A stretch of DNA of 64,000 bases, taken from contig JAYWIR010000021.1 of assembly GCA_036172245.1 (NCBI GenBank), positions 620,001 through 684,000 of the forward strand, in the 5' to 3' direction. This stretch comes from Raillietiella orientalis. Its lineage: Eukaryota. The translations under genes were made by a program, and so were the position numbers. The notes beneath the pieces are model-generated. The model had not been told where the DNA came from and searched no databases. It worked only from the letters and a program-made list of their open reading frames with translations. Shown here one piece after another: positions 39,850-52,789 of the stretch. Within the stretch, counting starts at the first letter, position 1; each line of letters starts with the position of its first letter.

Positions 39850-40650
39850 TTCCACGAAGATCTATCCAGCAAGTCCCTATTCCCTTTCTACGTGATGCCG
39901 ATGGTAGGACCTTGGACTTTGTCCTGTCCGCGCTCGCGTCTGCTCCCCAGCGCAACAGCTCGAATAATTCCTCGAGCAATGCCGTCGAAATGGGCATGGG
40001 GAGCAGGAGAACGAGGTCTTCGACCGATGGACGATGTTCCGTGTCAGGAGAACTGCAGCATTGCTAGACTCCTTCCATATGAGTTCAGCACTAACCGAAA
40101 GGAGATGCTGAACGGAATGGACCACAAACTGTCATCTTGGCTGATTCCCCCCGCACCGGCAGACCGTAAACGTGTCGACCGTTGGAAATGGCATTCATGA
40201 GCGCATCCCGGCAAAGCAAGCGCAGGTTGAGCTGCAAGACTAGTGAGATAGCGGAGCGTTCCAGGAGTTCCTCGTTGACTCAGTGACAACGCCTTCTCGG
40301 ACATCGGCTGAGACCATGAAGGCTTCCTGCGTTTCCAGCTGCTTACGATCTATTGGCCTCCTGCCAATCCATGGACCTGGGACGCTCTGCGGCGATTCTG
40401 CCCTGCTGCCGGAACCTGATCTGCGCAAGGAACAGTTTGTTTTCCATGCCCTTCCCGAGAACAGCGTGTGCCTGTTCCGGAGCTGCAAAGTGTGGACCAC
40501 GGAACTGCTCCCGCGGGACGAGCATTTAACACCATCCCAGGAGAACTTGAGACTTTTTCTGTGCTTCAACAGTTACTTCCCAGCAGGCGGTTGTCTTCCT
40601 GGATTGGTGTTTGCGTTCATCGAAAGTCTGCGCGTCGCTAGAGTGTGACA
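39850..40650 (+). mobile_element. Decayed L1/Tx1-like ORF2 C-terminal part
   Basis: RLLPYEFSTNRKEMLNGMDHKLSSWL (KYLG...N.W..L..K...KL..W) and FVFHALP (W...H..LP-like). Confidence 0.5.
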
Positions 40651-40809
40651 GGTGTGGAATCTTTCTGCTCTTGTTGGTACACTTCAGTGGTCTCTCTTGC
40701 TCTGGAGAAAGTCTGACGGTGAGGACGTTTTTTTTTTTTTTTTTTTTTTTTAAAAGGCCAGTAGCGACCCCGCGAGGAGATCGTTACTATTGGCCTAGGA
40801 TGATGTTAA

Positions 40810-41270
40810 ATCCTTGGGTTTTTTTTTTTTTTTCCCGGGTTTTCTTTGTTTTGGTTCGTGAAGTGAGCCTCAAGAGCCGGTCGCGTGCCTCGCGGCGTGC
40901 GTGGCCCTTTTTGAACACACTGTTTTGTTTCCACGCCTCTCCGCCTGAGGCAAGGGGGCGATGTTTTCTTCAGGATAGGGCTGTGGAGATGAATCCAGGA
41001 AGGGCTCGGAGTCCGTTTCCTCTCTCACCCTTGGGGGGATCGCACCTCCCACCCTGGTTGTCTCTTTCCTCATTCTCTCCCGAGGGACCCTCCCTCCCCA
41101 ATGGGGAGGGGCTGTCCTCTCCATTTCAACTTCTCCGGAGGGTCATCCCCCTTGAGGGGGATGGTCCTCTCCATTTCAACTTCTCCGAAGGGAACCCGCA
41201 AGGGAACCGCTCCTTTATTCACTCCTCTGAAGACAACCCCGAAGGGACGCTTCCGAAACTCAGAAGGGCC
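40810..41270 (+). repeat. Second copy of the T-rich leader plus ~42-50-nt hairpin-repeat array
   Basis: Leader CGGGTTTTTCTTTGTTTTGG, then units such as TTCTCCGGAGGGTCATCCCCCTTGAGGGGG and TTCTCCGAAGGGAACCCGCAAGGGAACCGCTCCTTT; homologous to 10060-10710. Confidence 0.7.
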
Positions 41271-41339
41271 GCTGCAGCTTCCCGCAGGGAATCGCTCACG
41301 CTTTTGCATCCGGAGGCCGCTTCTAAAGACTCACTGCGT

Positions 41340-43000
41340 CGTTTCTTGGTGAGGGATGGGCCTGCGTCTGATACAGTCATCGAGATGTCGTGTGGCGTCT
41401 GCGGGATCATGATGGTTCGAGGTTACATAGTGGAACCGTGCCAAGAGAGACAAGTCATCCGCATTGCTGCTTCAGAGGTGAAGAGGGCGGCAGGACGTCC
41501 CGATCTTCATGAAGTCGCAGAGATCTGCATGTTGAGTGAGCTGTAGATGTGGAGCAGCCCATTCGGTGAGCGATCAGCTCACAGTTGCCAAAGCAGCTGA
41601 ACTTCGGGTTTACTAGAGTGACGGACCCCGATTTCGAAAGGTTACGCGAGTCTTCAATGGGGGGGAGACGCATTCTGGTTGATCGGGAGGAGGACAGCAC
41701 TTGGTCCACCTCCCATGTCAGCGTTGCGACCCCAAGCACCGGGAATCCATTTCCTCAGCGAAGTTCCGGGAAAACTCGGATGCTAGGAGCTTCTTGAGCT
41801 TTCCTGTGGCAGTGATGATCATCTCTGGTGAGAATTCTTCGAGGAACCCGTGCTCCTCCACCTCCAGAACCTTACATCGAGGGAGCAGCAGCTGTTCTTC
41901 AGCAAGTGCGCCTGGGCCAGGACCGAGCACTCCTGAACGGGCTCATCTCAACACGCAAGCAGCTCGACCTTGGGATTGTACTCCATAAGGAGACGCACGC
42001 CGGCGTGCCGGTAGAGGGAATGTCTCCAGCACAGGCACCTGTTGATCGACCGTGATTCCCTCCGGAGGGCATGGAAACAATCTGCAACGACCTTACAGTT
42101 CCCTATGGACCACCCGAGAACTGTTCTCACGCCTTTCTCGGAGAGGAATGTCGCCGGCCGCGGAGATCGCAGCTCTCTGCTGCTTCTGCAGAGTCGTTGC
42201 AGCACAAAGCCACCCGGGAAGGGTCCAACATCAACAGGAACGCCATCCATCGTGTGTTGCTTCATCAGGATCACGACGAGGTGGCCATAAAGGGAGTCGT
42301 CTGTAATCCCTCCTGCCTTCTCCCCCCGTAAAGACAGTTTGAAAAACAATTTCATTTTTGGTTTTATTAGATCCCCCAGTTCTAGAATGCTCAAAGCCAC
42401 ACAGTTGCTCCGCTGCCTGCAGGTAGCTCAGACAGTCTCCTGAAAGCCGCATGGCGCGCTTGTCCCGGGGGAGCAGCTCGAGCTCGACCCTGAAAATGAA
42501 TGGTCGTACAAAACCGATTGCAGTCTTCCCCTTCTAACCACCTGCATGCAAAATGATCCACGAAAATGTGGCAGACAGAGTTTCTATGCCTGGCAAACTT
42601 GCTGACTAACGAGCTACTTGCGCGCACGGACGTGCACAATTTGCTGACCAGTAACCGCTGCCCCAAAGTCCGGCGTCATTCGACAGGCAAGCAGATGTTA
42701 AAAGGATCTCCCGGAATCGAATGCCTTGTGGACACTGAGTGCCGTTGACTACTGAGCAGGCCGATGAAACGCGTTTGACCTGCTCGCCTTCTGTGCCCAC
42801 TGGTTATGAACGAGGTCGATCCCGTCGGACCATTGGAGCCAGTTGCCCGGCTCGACCCTCACGTTCTAACTGCCGTCTCGCAACCTCCACAGAAGCCAAT
42901 CGTCGAACCACTTCCAAGAATCCAAATTTGGGCTATTTATCGTGAGCCAAACAAGCCTGCGTTTCGATGAATAACGATTCTTTCATTAGGCTTCTGGAGT
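41340..43000 (-). mobile_element. Decayed Penelope-like element (RT + GIY-YIG endonuclease)
   Basis: In order on the minus strand: PKFGFLEVVRR (PRFYGLPKIHK-like), QLAPMV (LRPIV), LVSKLCTSV (DV.SL.T.V), TTIHFQGR...PGQA (F.F.G..Y.Q..G.AMG), GITDDSL (YVDD), PFPG (LPFLD), EKGV, and CDFMKIGTSCRPLHL (C...YIG.T.R.L). Confidence 0.6.
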
Positions 43001-44481
43001 AACTATTTGCTACGTGCCATATCCATCAACACCAATGGTGTCCGACCTTCTCACTAGCTGAATGACTGTCCTTCGGATTGTCCCCTTCACTCACTTTGAG
43101 TACCAATCGAAATTTCGTACAGTTTCTACCGAACTCCTCGCAACCACCGGCACTGCGTTCTTAGCCTGGACGCGCTCTGCTATGTAATGCGAGTTTCCCC
43201 ATCCCAACTGCACGATGTCCTTCATACATAAAATATGAAATAACGTAAGGCGGAATTGCAACAGCAGAATGAGAGCGTGGGCCACATCACAGCAAAATTG
43301 ATATATCCTTACAATCGTAAATATTTGCATAGACGGAAGATTGCTGCCAGTCGTGTGCACATCTCCCAGGACACCCTTTGTCAAGGCGGTCAGAGTCCTC
43401 AGCAACCAAGAATTCCAAAATTCCTATCCGCTTTGTAGAAAAAAGAAAATCCGAACGGATCAGAAAACATTTTCGTTTCTTTACAATCTTAATCCTCAGA
43501 CAGTACTTTTCCTTTTCATAACCGAGCTCTTTAAAACATTTTCCAAACAATTCAACATGGAAGCAAATTGTACAATTGCATAGGCACTTGTTTGCATACT
43601 TTGATGACATAATGGAGAAAAAAACATCACACGCAACGACGTGAAAGTTGTGCTGCTATATGTGTTATGTGTGTGTGTATGCAGAAATACATATCAATAA
43701 GTGCTCAAAATGAAAACAACAGAGTTTGAAAGCTTTAAATTTCAAAAGATGAAATGGTTGACACCAAATGTATACACTCCTACATTTGGAAACAAGTGGC
43801 ACAAAATTTAAGCTCATTTTCTAAACAAAAGATGCGTTTTCTATCTATGCCAAAAAAAATTGAGCCTGATCACCATTGCTGAACATTTTTGAAAGTATCG
43901 TAAAAAATTGCTTGCAGGAGAACAAAATGTATACCAGAGTTAGCTAACAAAGGTTTGCAGCCTGAGAATGCAAATTTACATGGGCAACAATTATCAATAA
44001 AACAGTGGAATGTCACCTTCATCAAACAGTGGCAATTAATAAGCATTTAAAATTCACACATAATCACCCTCCCTTTGCATGGATCTGGATGAAGGAAACT
44101 GATTGAAAATAATCTCGCCCTTTTAAATATCCAATTCAATTTACAAGTGCCTCGAATTCAATAATCAAAAAATCTTTCCACTTTGATTTTGAAAATGTGG
44201 AGGGAAAATTTTGTATTTTCTATTTTGCACTTAAGGGTGCATACTCTACAAGAGCTTTGTACCTCCTTTATACAAGAGCAATATGGAGACATGACACATT
44301 CATTTGGGAACACAATTAATAATAGCTAATAACAAAATTCAGTGTCTTCATTTGGCAAGCATCATCACAGGTTTGCTACCAACTGACTTATAAAATATCC
44401 ATTCTTATTCAAAACCCCCATCTTTTAAATTCGTCCTGCATCCCCCATTAATATTCAAACATCTTCCAAGTCCCAGTAGTA

Positions 44482-45670
44482 TTATGGAATTCTCTTTGAT
44501 GTAATATGCTTAAGCAGTGAAAACTAAAATATAACCTAAAACATAAATGGAAACATTAGGATTCTTACTTGCTGCTGAGGTGCAAGTCCAGTAACTTTGA
44601 CCAGTTGGTACTGATATTTGCAAATAGAAGGCATGGATCTCTGGAATACTTTGTACCTATCCCATGCTGTATGGAGTTCAGTCATGTGCCAGCTAACTGC
44701 TTGTGCAGGATCAAACACCAGTAGATGTTGAGAGCCATCCTGGTGTTCGGCCCACCCCACAACCGATACACTGTGACCTGAATTTTGAATTGGTTTCAAT
44801 AAGAAATGCTTTATGCACCATGAAACTGCAAATACAAAGGATGACAAAACCGATTCTGCAATTCGAAGTATTCTCGAATGTACTCAAAAAGACGAGGATG
44901 TGTGCCACATGTTCCTGTAGGTTTATGAAAGTCAACAAGCTCATATCTATTGGAACCAATGTTACTGGAGAGAAATCATTATTCAAAACTGACTTGATTC
45001 CCAAATAAGACAGCAATGTAACCACTTCAGTGGCTCCAATCCATTTCCTAGTATTTTTCAGTTGACCATGCAACTGATTTCTTCCTTCAGGATCAAATCC
45101 AGCTTTCCAAGCTTCTTCAATTAATGACTGCAAACGAGGTAGTGAAGGTACACTGTGGGCTTCAAATGGTAGGCAAGACAAATAATGATCATCACATTTT
45201 AAGGAGGACAAAAGCATCTGGATGTTCCTTAACAGGCATTGCAGGCAAATTTCTAACATTATTTTACCTGTAGCCACAACCCCAGCCTCTATCTGCATAT
45301 GATGACCTGAAGTGATCTACAGATGAGCAGGTAAACAATTTTTTGACCTTAATATCTTTATCAAGGGACCTAATCAAAGGAAGAAGTCCTGGAATAATAA
45401 ATGACCACTGTCACTATAAAGCAAAAGGATCTAGAATTGCTGATATCTACTGCAGGAAATTGCAAGTTCAAAAGTTCCATTATTCCATAAAAATTTGGGT
45501 TTACCTGTGGTTGCTGTACTAAGATCATCCGCACCTTGATAAAGTGCTGCCTGAAAAGCAATTTTTTTTTCATGGAAATCTCTAATGTTCAATTTTCCTG
45601 CGTTCACAGCCCTTTGCAAATATTGCAGACCTTGTTTCTCATATAAATCCGCTTTGGAACAGTGGGAAAT
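44482..45670 (-). CDS. ZUP1: Zinc finger-containing ubiquitin peptidase 1 / ZUFSP (peptidase C78), 5' end unresolved
   Basis: Exons 45670-45505, 45388-45268 (VDHF..SYADRGWGCGYR), 45227-44994 (NIQMLLSSL...LQSLIEEAWKAGFDPEG...TRKWIGATEV), 44946-44819 (VDFHKPTG..GTHPRLFE...PLYLQFH), 44777-44569 (GHSVSVVG...LLVFDP) and 44508-44482 (HITSKRIP*). Catalytic Cys, His and Asp are intact. Confidence 0.93.
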
Positions 45671-46745
45671 CTACAACAGAACCAAGAAAAAATTAGTAAG
45701 GCTAGAAATTACCAACTATGTGATTTTAAATTTCTCAAATTCAGCAGATTCGGCTAGCTAAAGAACTCACGTAAAAGGAAGCGCCATTTCTTGAAAATAA
45801 ATGATTAATTCGGTAATATCCGGGGCACGATTTCTCTGCACTACCAATTCAGAAACACACAAACTCTCTTGACTTTAAAGTGATCTTCACTGAAATTGGA
45901 CAATGCATGCAAATCGTGGTGTTAAAAACGCATATTACGTACATGGTCCTCAAACCACAAACATGAAAAAATGAGAGCATTCTCATTTGGATACTACAAA
46001 TGCTGACAGGCATACTATTCTACAAGTGATGAAGTGAAACGCAACCAAGTTACAATTCACAAACACACTTCGGTCGCTTATTAACGAACATATCCAATAG
46101 AAGGCACACACTGATTTTCAAATATTTCCCAGGGGAGGGTACAAAAACGAACTACTATGCTTGGAGTGTTTGTAAATACCCGCGATATACACTGTATCTC
46201 AACTAATGCAAACTATAAATAAACACGTACAAAGACAGTTTCATCTTTTTATTGACACTGACATGATTGGACTTTGCGAAAATCCCCATTACTTACACCA
46301 CAGCGGACCACTTCCCTACTACTGTCATCGAAATGTTCTACATTGACATGAACGTTCAACACTTCTGGATCTCCAGTTTCGTATGGGCACATGGGGCAAG
46401 CCAGGTTGTTCATTTCCGAAACCACCCTCTCAGTTCACCAGAATACCATCGAACCCCCACTTCGGGGGGTACAAATGTTCACAACTCCCCACAAACGGGT
46501 GCGCGTGCTCGAGTTGGGATCTCGACTTTTTCGTTTTTATTTCCTTGACGTTCTCGCAAGGATCAGCACCACCAGGCCTTCGCTATCTCGAAGCGCATCG
46601 ACGCAGCACGAGACAAGCAGTGCACCCCACGCCTCCTGCCTGATTGAAAAATAATAATGATTAGTGTCAATATTAAATGAGATATTAGAAATCAAGAGTT
46701 CCCGGGAAAGGATACAAACTCCAAAGATTTGGAAAAACACGCGAC

Positions 46746-46903
46746 TACAGTTATGTGACATTCAGATAACTCTGTAGTCGGTTCTGAGCCCCACGATCAC
46801 GAACTGGCGATTTATCGTGGGGGGTACAGTTATGTGACATTCAGATGACTCTGTAGTCGGTTCTGAGCCTCACGATCACCAACTGGCGATTTATCGTGGG
46901 GGG
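46746..46903. repeat. 79-bp tandem duplication containing two hairpins
   Basis: 46746-46824 and 46825-46903 are near-identical (3 substitutions). Confidence 0.9.
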
Positions 46904-47749
46904 GGAGCACATTGGACTTTGGAAGAAACTTTCGTCACTCAAAGAATTGCAACAGATTACACCTTTCTTTCAGACATTCTCCTGGATACAAGACTGTAAA
47001 CTTTTACACACTGTAATATTGAAATCCATACCCATATGGAAGATCCATCCCATAGATGTGCAAATTAATTAGGTCAAATCGACTATGTTGAAAACGATCG
47101 ATGGAAGAAACTGCTTGAAACGCTACAGAAAAACTTGGCATAGGAAACTTCATTTACATCACTAAATAATTACTGTGACTTATGCATGCAAGTGATCAGC
47201 GCAATATCGCACTCATGATTTCATTGCTTGTTAATGTTTCGTGGAATAGCCTTATTCAGTCACATATGATGTTCACTAGAGATATAATTTTCCTTGTGAA
47301 AGCCTGAAAGCGACAAGCGGATAAGAAATGAGCTTCATTTACTTTCGAAACAAACTGTTGCGAAAAAAAAAGAAAAGCATTCCTTCCGAACTGCTTGCCA
47401 AAGAAACGATTACTGAATGTTATTTTCTAAGGGAAATGACTGGTGGCTTTTCATAAAAATAGTGCACCACTTGTCCTTCATCAGTGGTGAATCCATTTGC
47501 TTATTCGCATTTGCAGTATTGTAGCCTTCATATGGCAATCCATACATCTTGTTCTCCTAACATTATTCTTACAAGCACTCAACTGATATTACTTGAGTAG
47601 CTGAAGAATGTTCTGTGAAGCTGACTTCACTATCACTGAAGTGAACGCGTCGACATATCGTCTCCGAAATGAACCCCAAGCGACTACTTCCGCTATCCTA
47701 AACTCACTAGAGCTTGGGATGGTGGCGTCGAGGCTTCCAACAGGGCGTG

Positions 47750-50700
47750 GGTGGGACGTCTCCTCAATAACCTCAAGTCATCCCTCACCCCTCGACCCCC
47801 AGCAAGTCTAAATTCTCCAGAAATTGCCGGTGGATCTTCGCAGCATGTACGTCGTAGTCGTGCCGGCGATGATCAAGATCGACTTCTGGGTAGCATGAGT
47901 CAAGATGGCGTCCTTCGGCGTGACTTTTCTCCTGAGGAGATCCCCCCAAATCTAACTTGAAGGCTTTTTCTTCTCGTTTGGTCCGCACTCTTTCACCACG
48001 AACAGGTGGAATGCTTCCGGAATACTCCGTCCTAAGGCCATGCATGCTGCCTCCCCATCCTGGACAGCTTCCAGGACGGTTTTTCATCCGTTCGCTACGG
48101 GGTGTTTCTTGATGGGCAAAATAAACAGGCAAACCGTGAGCGCAGTTCCCTGGAGCGACAATAAGTTTACACGGAATGACTAACATCCAGACCAGGTACT
48201 CAGGAAGTCCGGAGAGGTATGTTGAGGAGAGTAAATGAATAAAAAAAAAAAAAAGTTAGGGTAGGGATCGAGTCTTTGGCATTTACCCCCCCCTGAATCC
48301 GGAGCTGGCGATCTTTCTGGCAACTTCTTGGAGATGAAGTCACCTCAAAGCCACCCTCGTATAGGCGGATGCCATCCAAATTGCCTCCTTTCGCTGCGCT
48401 CGAGACTCCAGCACACGGTGGGCTGCCGTTGCAATCACGGAGTCCCTCCATGTTGGAAGAGTCTCCGCAGCAAGTCCTAGGAGGTGTCCTCCGCACGCGA
48501 GAGTGCTGAAGACAGCCTTCACCGGAATAAGCTGGAAGGCGTTGCAGTCCATCAACCTTAGATCACTGGAGTATTAGGCAGTTTCCCCGGAGACGACGCT
48601 AACTGCACCGGAAACCCCAGTGCAAAAGCAGGAGCACCTAGTGCTTCTGTTTTCAAGAGTGTCCCCACTCACAAAGACCAAGACACAGGGACCGCAAGAC
48701 GGTCAGCTGGTTTTACCATCGGAGGAGATCCAGGCTCAGCATCTCCTAAGGGCCCTATGCTGCGCCGCAAGGTCACACATCCATCTGAAAGACTCGCCCG
48801 CATCAGGATGTTGTCTCGGATATTGGTTGGTTCCGAGAAGTTCCTCTTGTCGGAACGGGCCGTCATATGGAACGCGTTTGTGGCTCCCATCCTCCGTCCT
48901 CCTGCTTCTTGTTTGCTCCCCCGACAGTAGTATCAAGAGTACTGGAGATCTGTGGAAAGCCCTTTGGAGAACGCAGAGGCTCTGGGTCCTCTTGAAGGAC
49001 TTGTGCGTTCCACATCGGATGGTTGTCTTGGCCTCCTGACGCTGGAGAGGATGGTGCGTCAGCTGAATTTTCGCACTGTCCCTAGCGGAAGTTTTTGACC
49101 ACCCATTGGAATGCGTCCGAGCTCACTTCTGGCCAAGCAAGCAGCCGGCTCAGAAGGATTGACTTCCTTCCTCGTGTAAAGCCACCAAAGACTGCTCCGA
49201 TGTGGGTATCAGCTTTGGCAGATGGTTGCCTTGGCGCAGGGCCGTCTGGATCTCCTGCTCTCCCGTGAACTGTGATGCCTGGAAACGAGAAACAGTTTAT
49301 ACGTGGGTACAAGATAAACGGCACGCACTTGGAAGGAATGCAATGTCTGCAGCACTCCAGTTGCTCTCGCTTCTCGTTTCAAATCTTAGAATGCCCCAGA
49401 AAGACCTCGTGGTTAAAAAAAAAATTTGGCACTATCATCCCTACGGGAAAACCTCGATGGAGACCATTCCGTAAGATAGGAAATATCCTGCGAGATCGCA
49501 GGAAGAACGAAAAGACTGGGATTTTGGATGGCGCATCAACTTGCCGACACGTCAACCACTACTGCTTACCCGTAAGGACTTCTCCGCTCTCCTGGGAATC
49601 CAATCGGACCCACTCCGTGCTTCCCCTGAAACGGCAGGACTCTACATTGTGACCGCTACTTCGGGCCACCCCGTTCAACGCACACCTCTGCTGCTGGACC
49701 AGGGGAAACTGTGTGGCCCCAGAGACAAAAGGAAAACTTCCCGCACCCGCTATTTGAATGAGTTTCTCTCCATTGTGAATAAGAACGTCTATTAGTGTCC
49801 CTAAATTATCCAAGAGACCACCCGGTGGGCATTGTAACGCCTCATTACTCCTGACACAAGGTCGCCTGCGGCGGAGGTCGCAGCCTTTCTCTTGGAGTCC
49901 TGGCGGCTAGAAGCCCGGATGAAGGCAACAAAGCAACAGAAACGCCATCTTCGTCGCCATCTCTTTCATCACTATCGCACTGGGGGCCACTATGGGGAGG
50001 CACTTGTCGACATCCTCGACAGGATGCTGAGGACGCCAGGAAGGAATCTGCGCTCCCTTCCTTTTCCCTCCGATTTTTTCTAGAATTGTTTTTTTTTTTT
50101 TCATGACTTGTGTATAAATATACTTTTTGTAGTTTCATTCACTCCAACCACTTTCGTTTTCCCGGTGAGTTCCTCCCAAGGCAAGCTGCCTACGAGGAGC
50201 ACAGACTCCTGGACCTCAAAGACGCAGTGGGATTGCAATCCCATTGCTAAAGGAAGCCGTTTTTGTTATTCGAATGTTTTATTGTAAATTTCATGTTGCG
50301 CATTCCTCACGATATTCGCTCCGGGGAGTGACCGACTGAAGTCACACGTAACAGCCGCTGAAACATGAATTCGTGACCGCGTCGCGCCTGTGTAAGCGCC
50401 GGATGACGAAGAGGTGATTCGGGAGCTCGAGGCATTCTGCAAGGTCCAGGAAGAGTTCCTTGCTGGAGAAGTCGAACAGCCTAAGGAAATCCACTGCAAC
50501 CGCCAAGGCTGCAAGCTGTCAACACTTTGGGCGTGTGGTCGGCTGCAGCTCTCTCTGTTAGGCGACCATCCCAGCTCAATCCGATCCTGATGCGGAAACC
50601 AGATGCGCTCTAGAAGGAGGCTGACATCCACGGACCGTCCAGGATCAGCATGAGTCCGCCCCGGGCTGACCACGACCTCCGCAACCTCTCCTAGCCGCAG

Positions 50701-51600
50701 TGTCGGGAGCAACCTGATGCCCGGATTCGCCAAGGTGACTGGACGCCACTCGCTCAGATGACCAAGCACTCCTCCCTTCGAAAGGAGATGCGCGCTCGCA
50801 GAGCGGGAGGGGAAGGCAGGCAGGCACATCTCCCGTCTCGCTCATCAGCACCGAGAAGCTGAGCCACAAAGGGAGGAGCTCTGCCTTGAGGCACCGATAA
50901 AACCCCTCAGGCAGGTCATCTCCAGATGCTGAGTGTGCCTTCCATGTCTGGAGCTCCACTTTGGCGGAAGAGACCCCTTCCGTTGCGAGGGGTTGGTCGA
51001 GACGTGAACATGGTTCCTCCTCGTTGACAGCGGGGGTCTCAGATCAACTGCTCTGCATCGGTGCTCTCGCGTGCAGCGAGTTGTGGCGGCGCTCGGCAGA
51101 GCGGCTCACGTCGGCTGGGGTCGAGCATTCCTGGCCACGAGTCAGAATTTATCCTCACGGTGGATACTTTAAGAACTATGGAGCCCCATTGGGGAACTTC
51201 TGCCTAGCAGAGTTCCTGGTTCAACTGTCTCCAGAAGGTAGATTCGGCGGGAGACCCGCTCCCGGATGGAAAGTTTCTATTTCCGGAACGGACCGTCCTC
51301 TGGAACGTCTTCGTGGCGTTCTATTAGGGATGCGAAGAAGCGGACTGAGGGTTTCCTAATAGAAGCCCTTTAAGAAACAACGAGGTTCCGTGTCCAACTT
51401 AAGGACTTGGTGACTCCGCGTTGGGACGGAGGACTTGGACTCCTAACGATTTCGCGAAGGGAGGGACATCTCCGCTTCCGAAAACTAGTCCTAGAGGTCT
51501 AATACTGGAACATCCACTGGCGCTCATCCTTACACTTTCTTGGAGCAGAATCCACTCTTGGATCTACTGCTCGTCCACGAACTGTAGTTTCTGGAAACAG
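47750..51600 (-). mobile_element. Decayed, interrupted L1/Tx1-like LINE ORF2
   Basis: KAHSASGDDLPEGFYRCL (KSPG.DGLP.EFY), LLSKGGVLGHLSEWRPVTLAN, PGRSV, AVDFLRLFD (LD..KAFD), later GRKS and DLAAQHRAL, and SCPG near 48060. Interrupted around 49330-50150. Confidence 0.75.
49480..49800 (+). mobile_element. Nested LINE C-terminal fragment, opposite orientation
   Basis: KDWDFGWRINLPTRQPL...PET resembles ...W...H..LPTR..L....ET. Confidence 0.4.
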
Positions 51601-52693
51601 GGAACAATTTAGAGGTCGAACAAAGTCTACAGCACAAGACCGGGGCAATCTAAGTACCTGTGATTCTCCGATTTCCAATCGCTACTCGTTGAAGAGGATA
51701 ATAAAAAGCTTCTGGAAGAACATGGAAGCGCAAGGAAGCCCACTTGCCGACGGCGCTCCGACCCTCCCTACGGAAGAGAAACAACAGAGACCAGACCACA
51801 AGATTGGAGATCCGCTAGTTTCAGGAAGATGCTGGACGGCTGCATCAACTTGCCTACTCTCCAACCCCCTTCTGCCCATCCCAAAGGACTTCTCTTCTGG
51901 ACTGATCTTGGAATCCCTATGGAAAACCTCGAGATCCGACTTCCATTGCCGAAGAGGAAGAAGAAACCCTGAAGGAAAAAAGTGCTGCCGGAGAAGACTG
52001 CCACCATATCAGGGAAACTCTCGAAAGTCAGGAGGACGAAAGAGAAAAGGAAGCTCAACAGAGAGATGAAACAAACTTCCGAAGAAAAGAAAACCGCAAG
52101 AAATAAAGGAATGCCCATCATCAGACAGAAAAATTTTGTGAAGTGCGACCAGGTATGAGCAGCGAGGAGCAGACATCCTCTGCACCGACTGTGCTCGCAG
52201 CACCTGGTCACAGATAGCACGGACCACGTGGAGCCCTAAAGCGAAAGGACTTCACGTGGAAAAGGACGCATCGCTGCTAGACAATGCACAGGGAAGTTCC
52301 AGACTGTGTAAGGACTAATACAAAAAGAAATTAGAATCAGGAAAGGCGTCCTCGCCTAGACATATCTCTACATTCTGAAAAGGGTAGACGATATTGAGAT
52401 GAGAGATGCCCAAGGACCCTAAATGTGGAACCCCCAAAACAGAAGTCCTTATTAAAGAAACAAAAAGCGAAGTGCAGTGAACAAAGTGACGTTACCATAA
52501 GAAAGAAAGCTTTTTCTCTGTTTGCTCGGTTCTGTTGTTGAAATAAATTCATCCCAAAGCTTTTCGGACTGGGAACTCTTAGATTGGGGAGCAAAGTATT
52601 CCTTGCAATTCCCCATTCTACTTAATTTTTCGCCACCTATTTGGTGGCCAGTACATATGCTGCTAAATTTTCCTACTTATATGTCCGGTTTGT

Positions 52694-52789
52694 CTTTCTG
52701 CCTGTGTGACTACTTGTCTGACTTTCTGCCTGTGTGACTACTTGTCTGACTTTCTGCCTGTGTGACTACTTGTCTGACTTTCTGCCTGT
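52694..52789. repeat. 28-bp minisatellite, ~3.5 copies
   Basis: Unit CTTTCTGCCTGTGTGACTACTTGTCTGA. Confidence 0.95.

Noticed and set aside
41222..41268. Hammerhead ribozyme (CTGAAGA...GAAAC)
   Set aside because: Stem II lacks the closing G-C pair, and no stem I/III with an NUH site could be formed.
52694..52789. 28-bp repeats as CRISPR repeats
   Set aside because: Head-to-tail with no spacers; an ordinary minisatellite. The same applies to 54135-54232.
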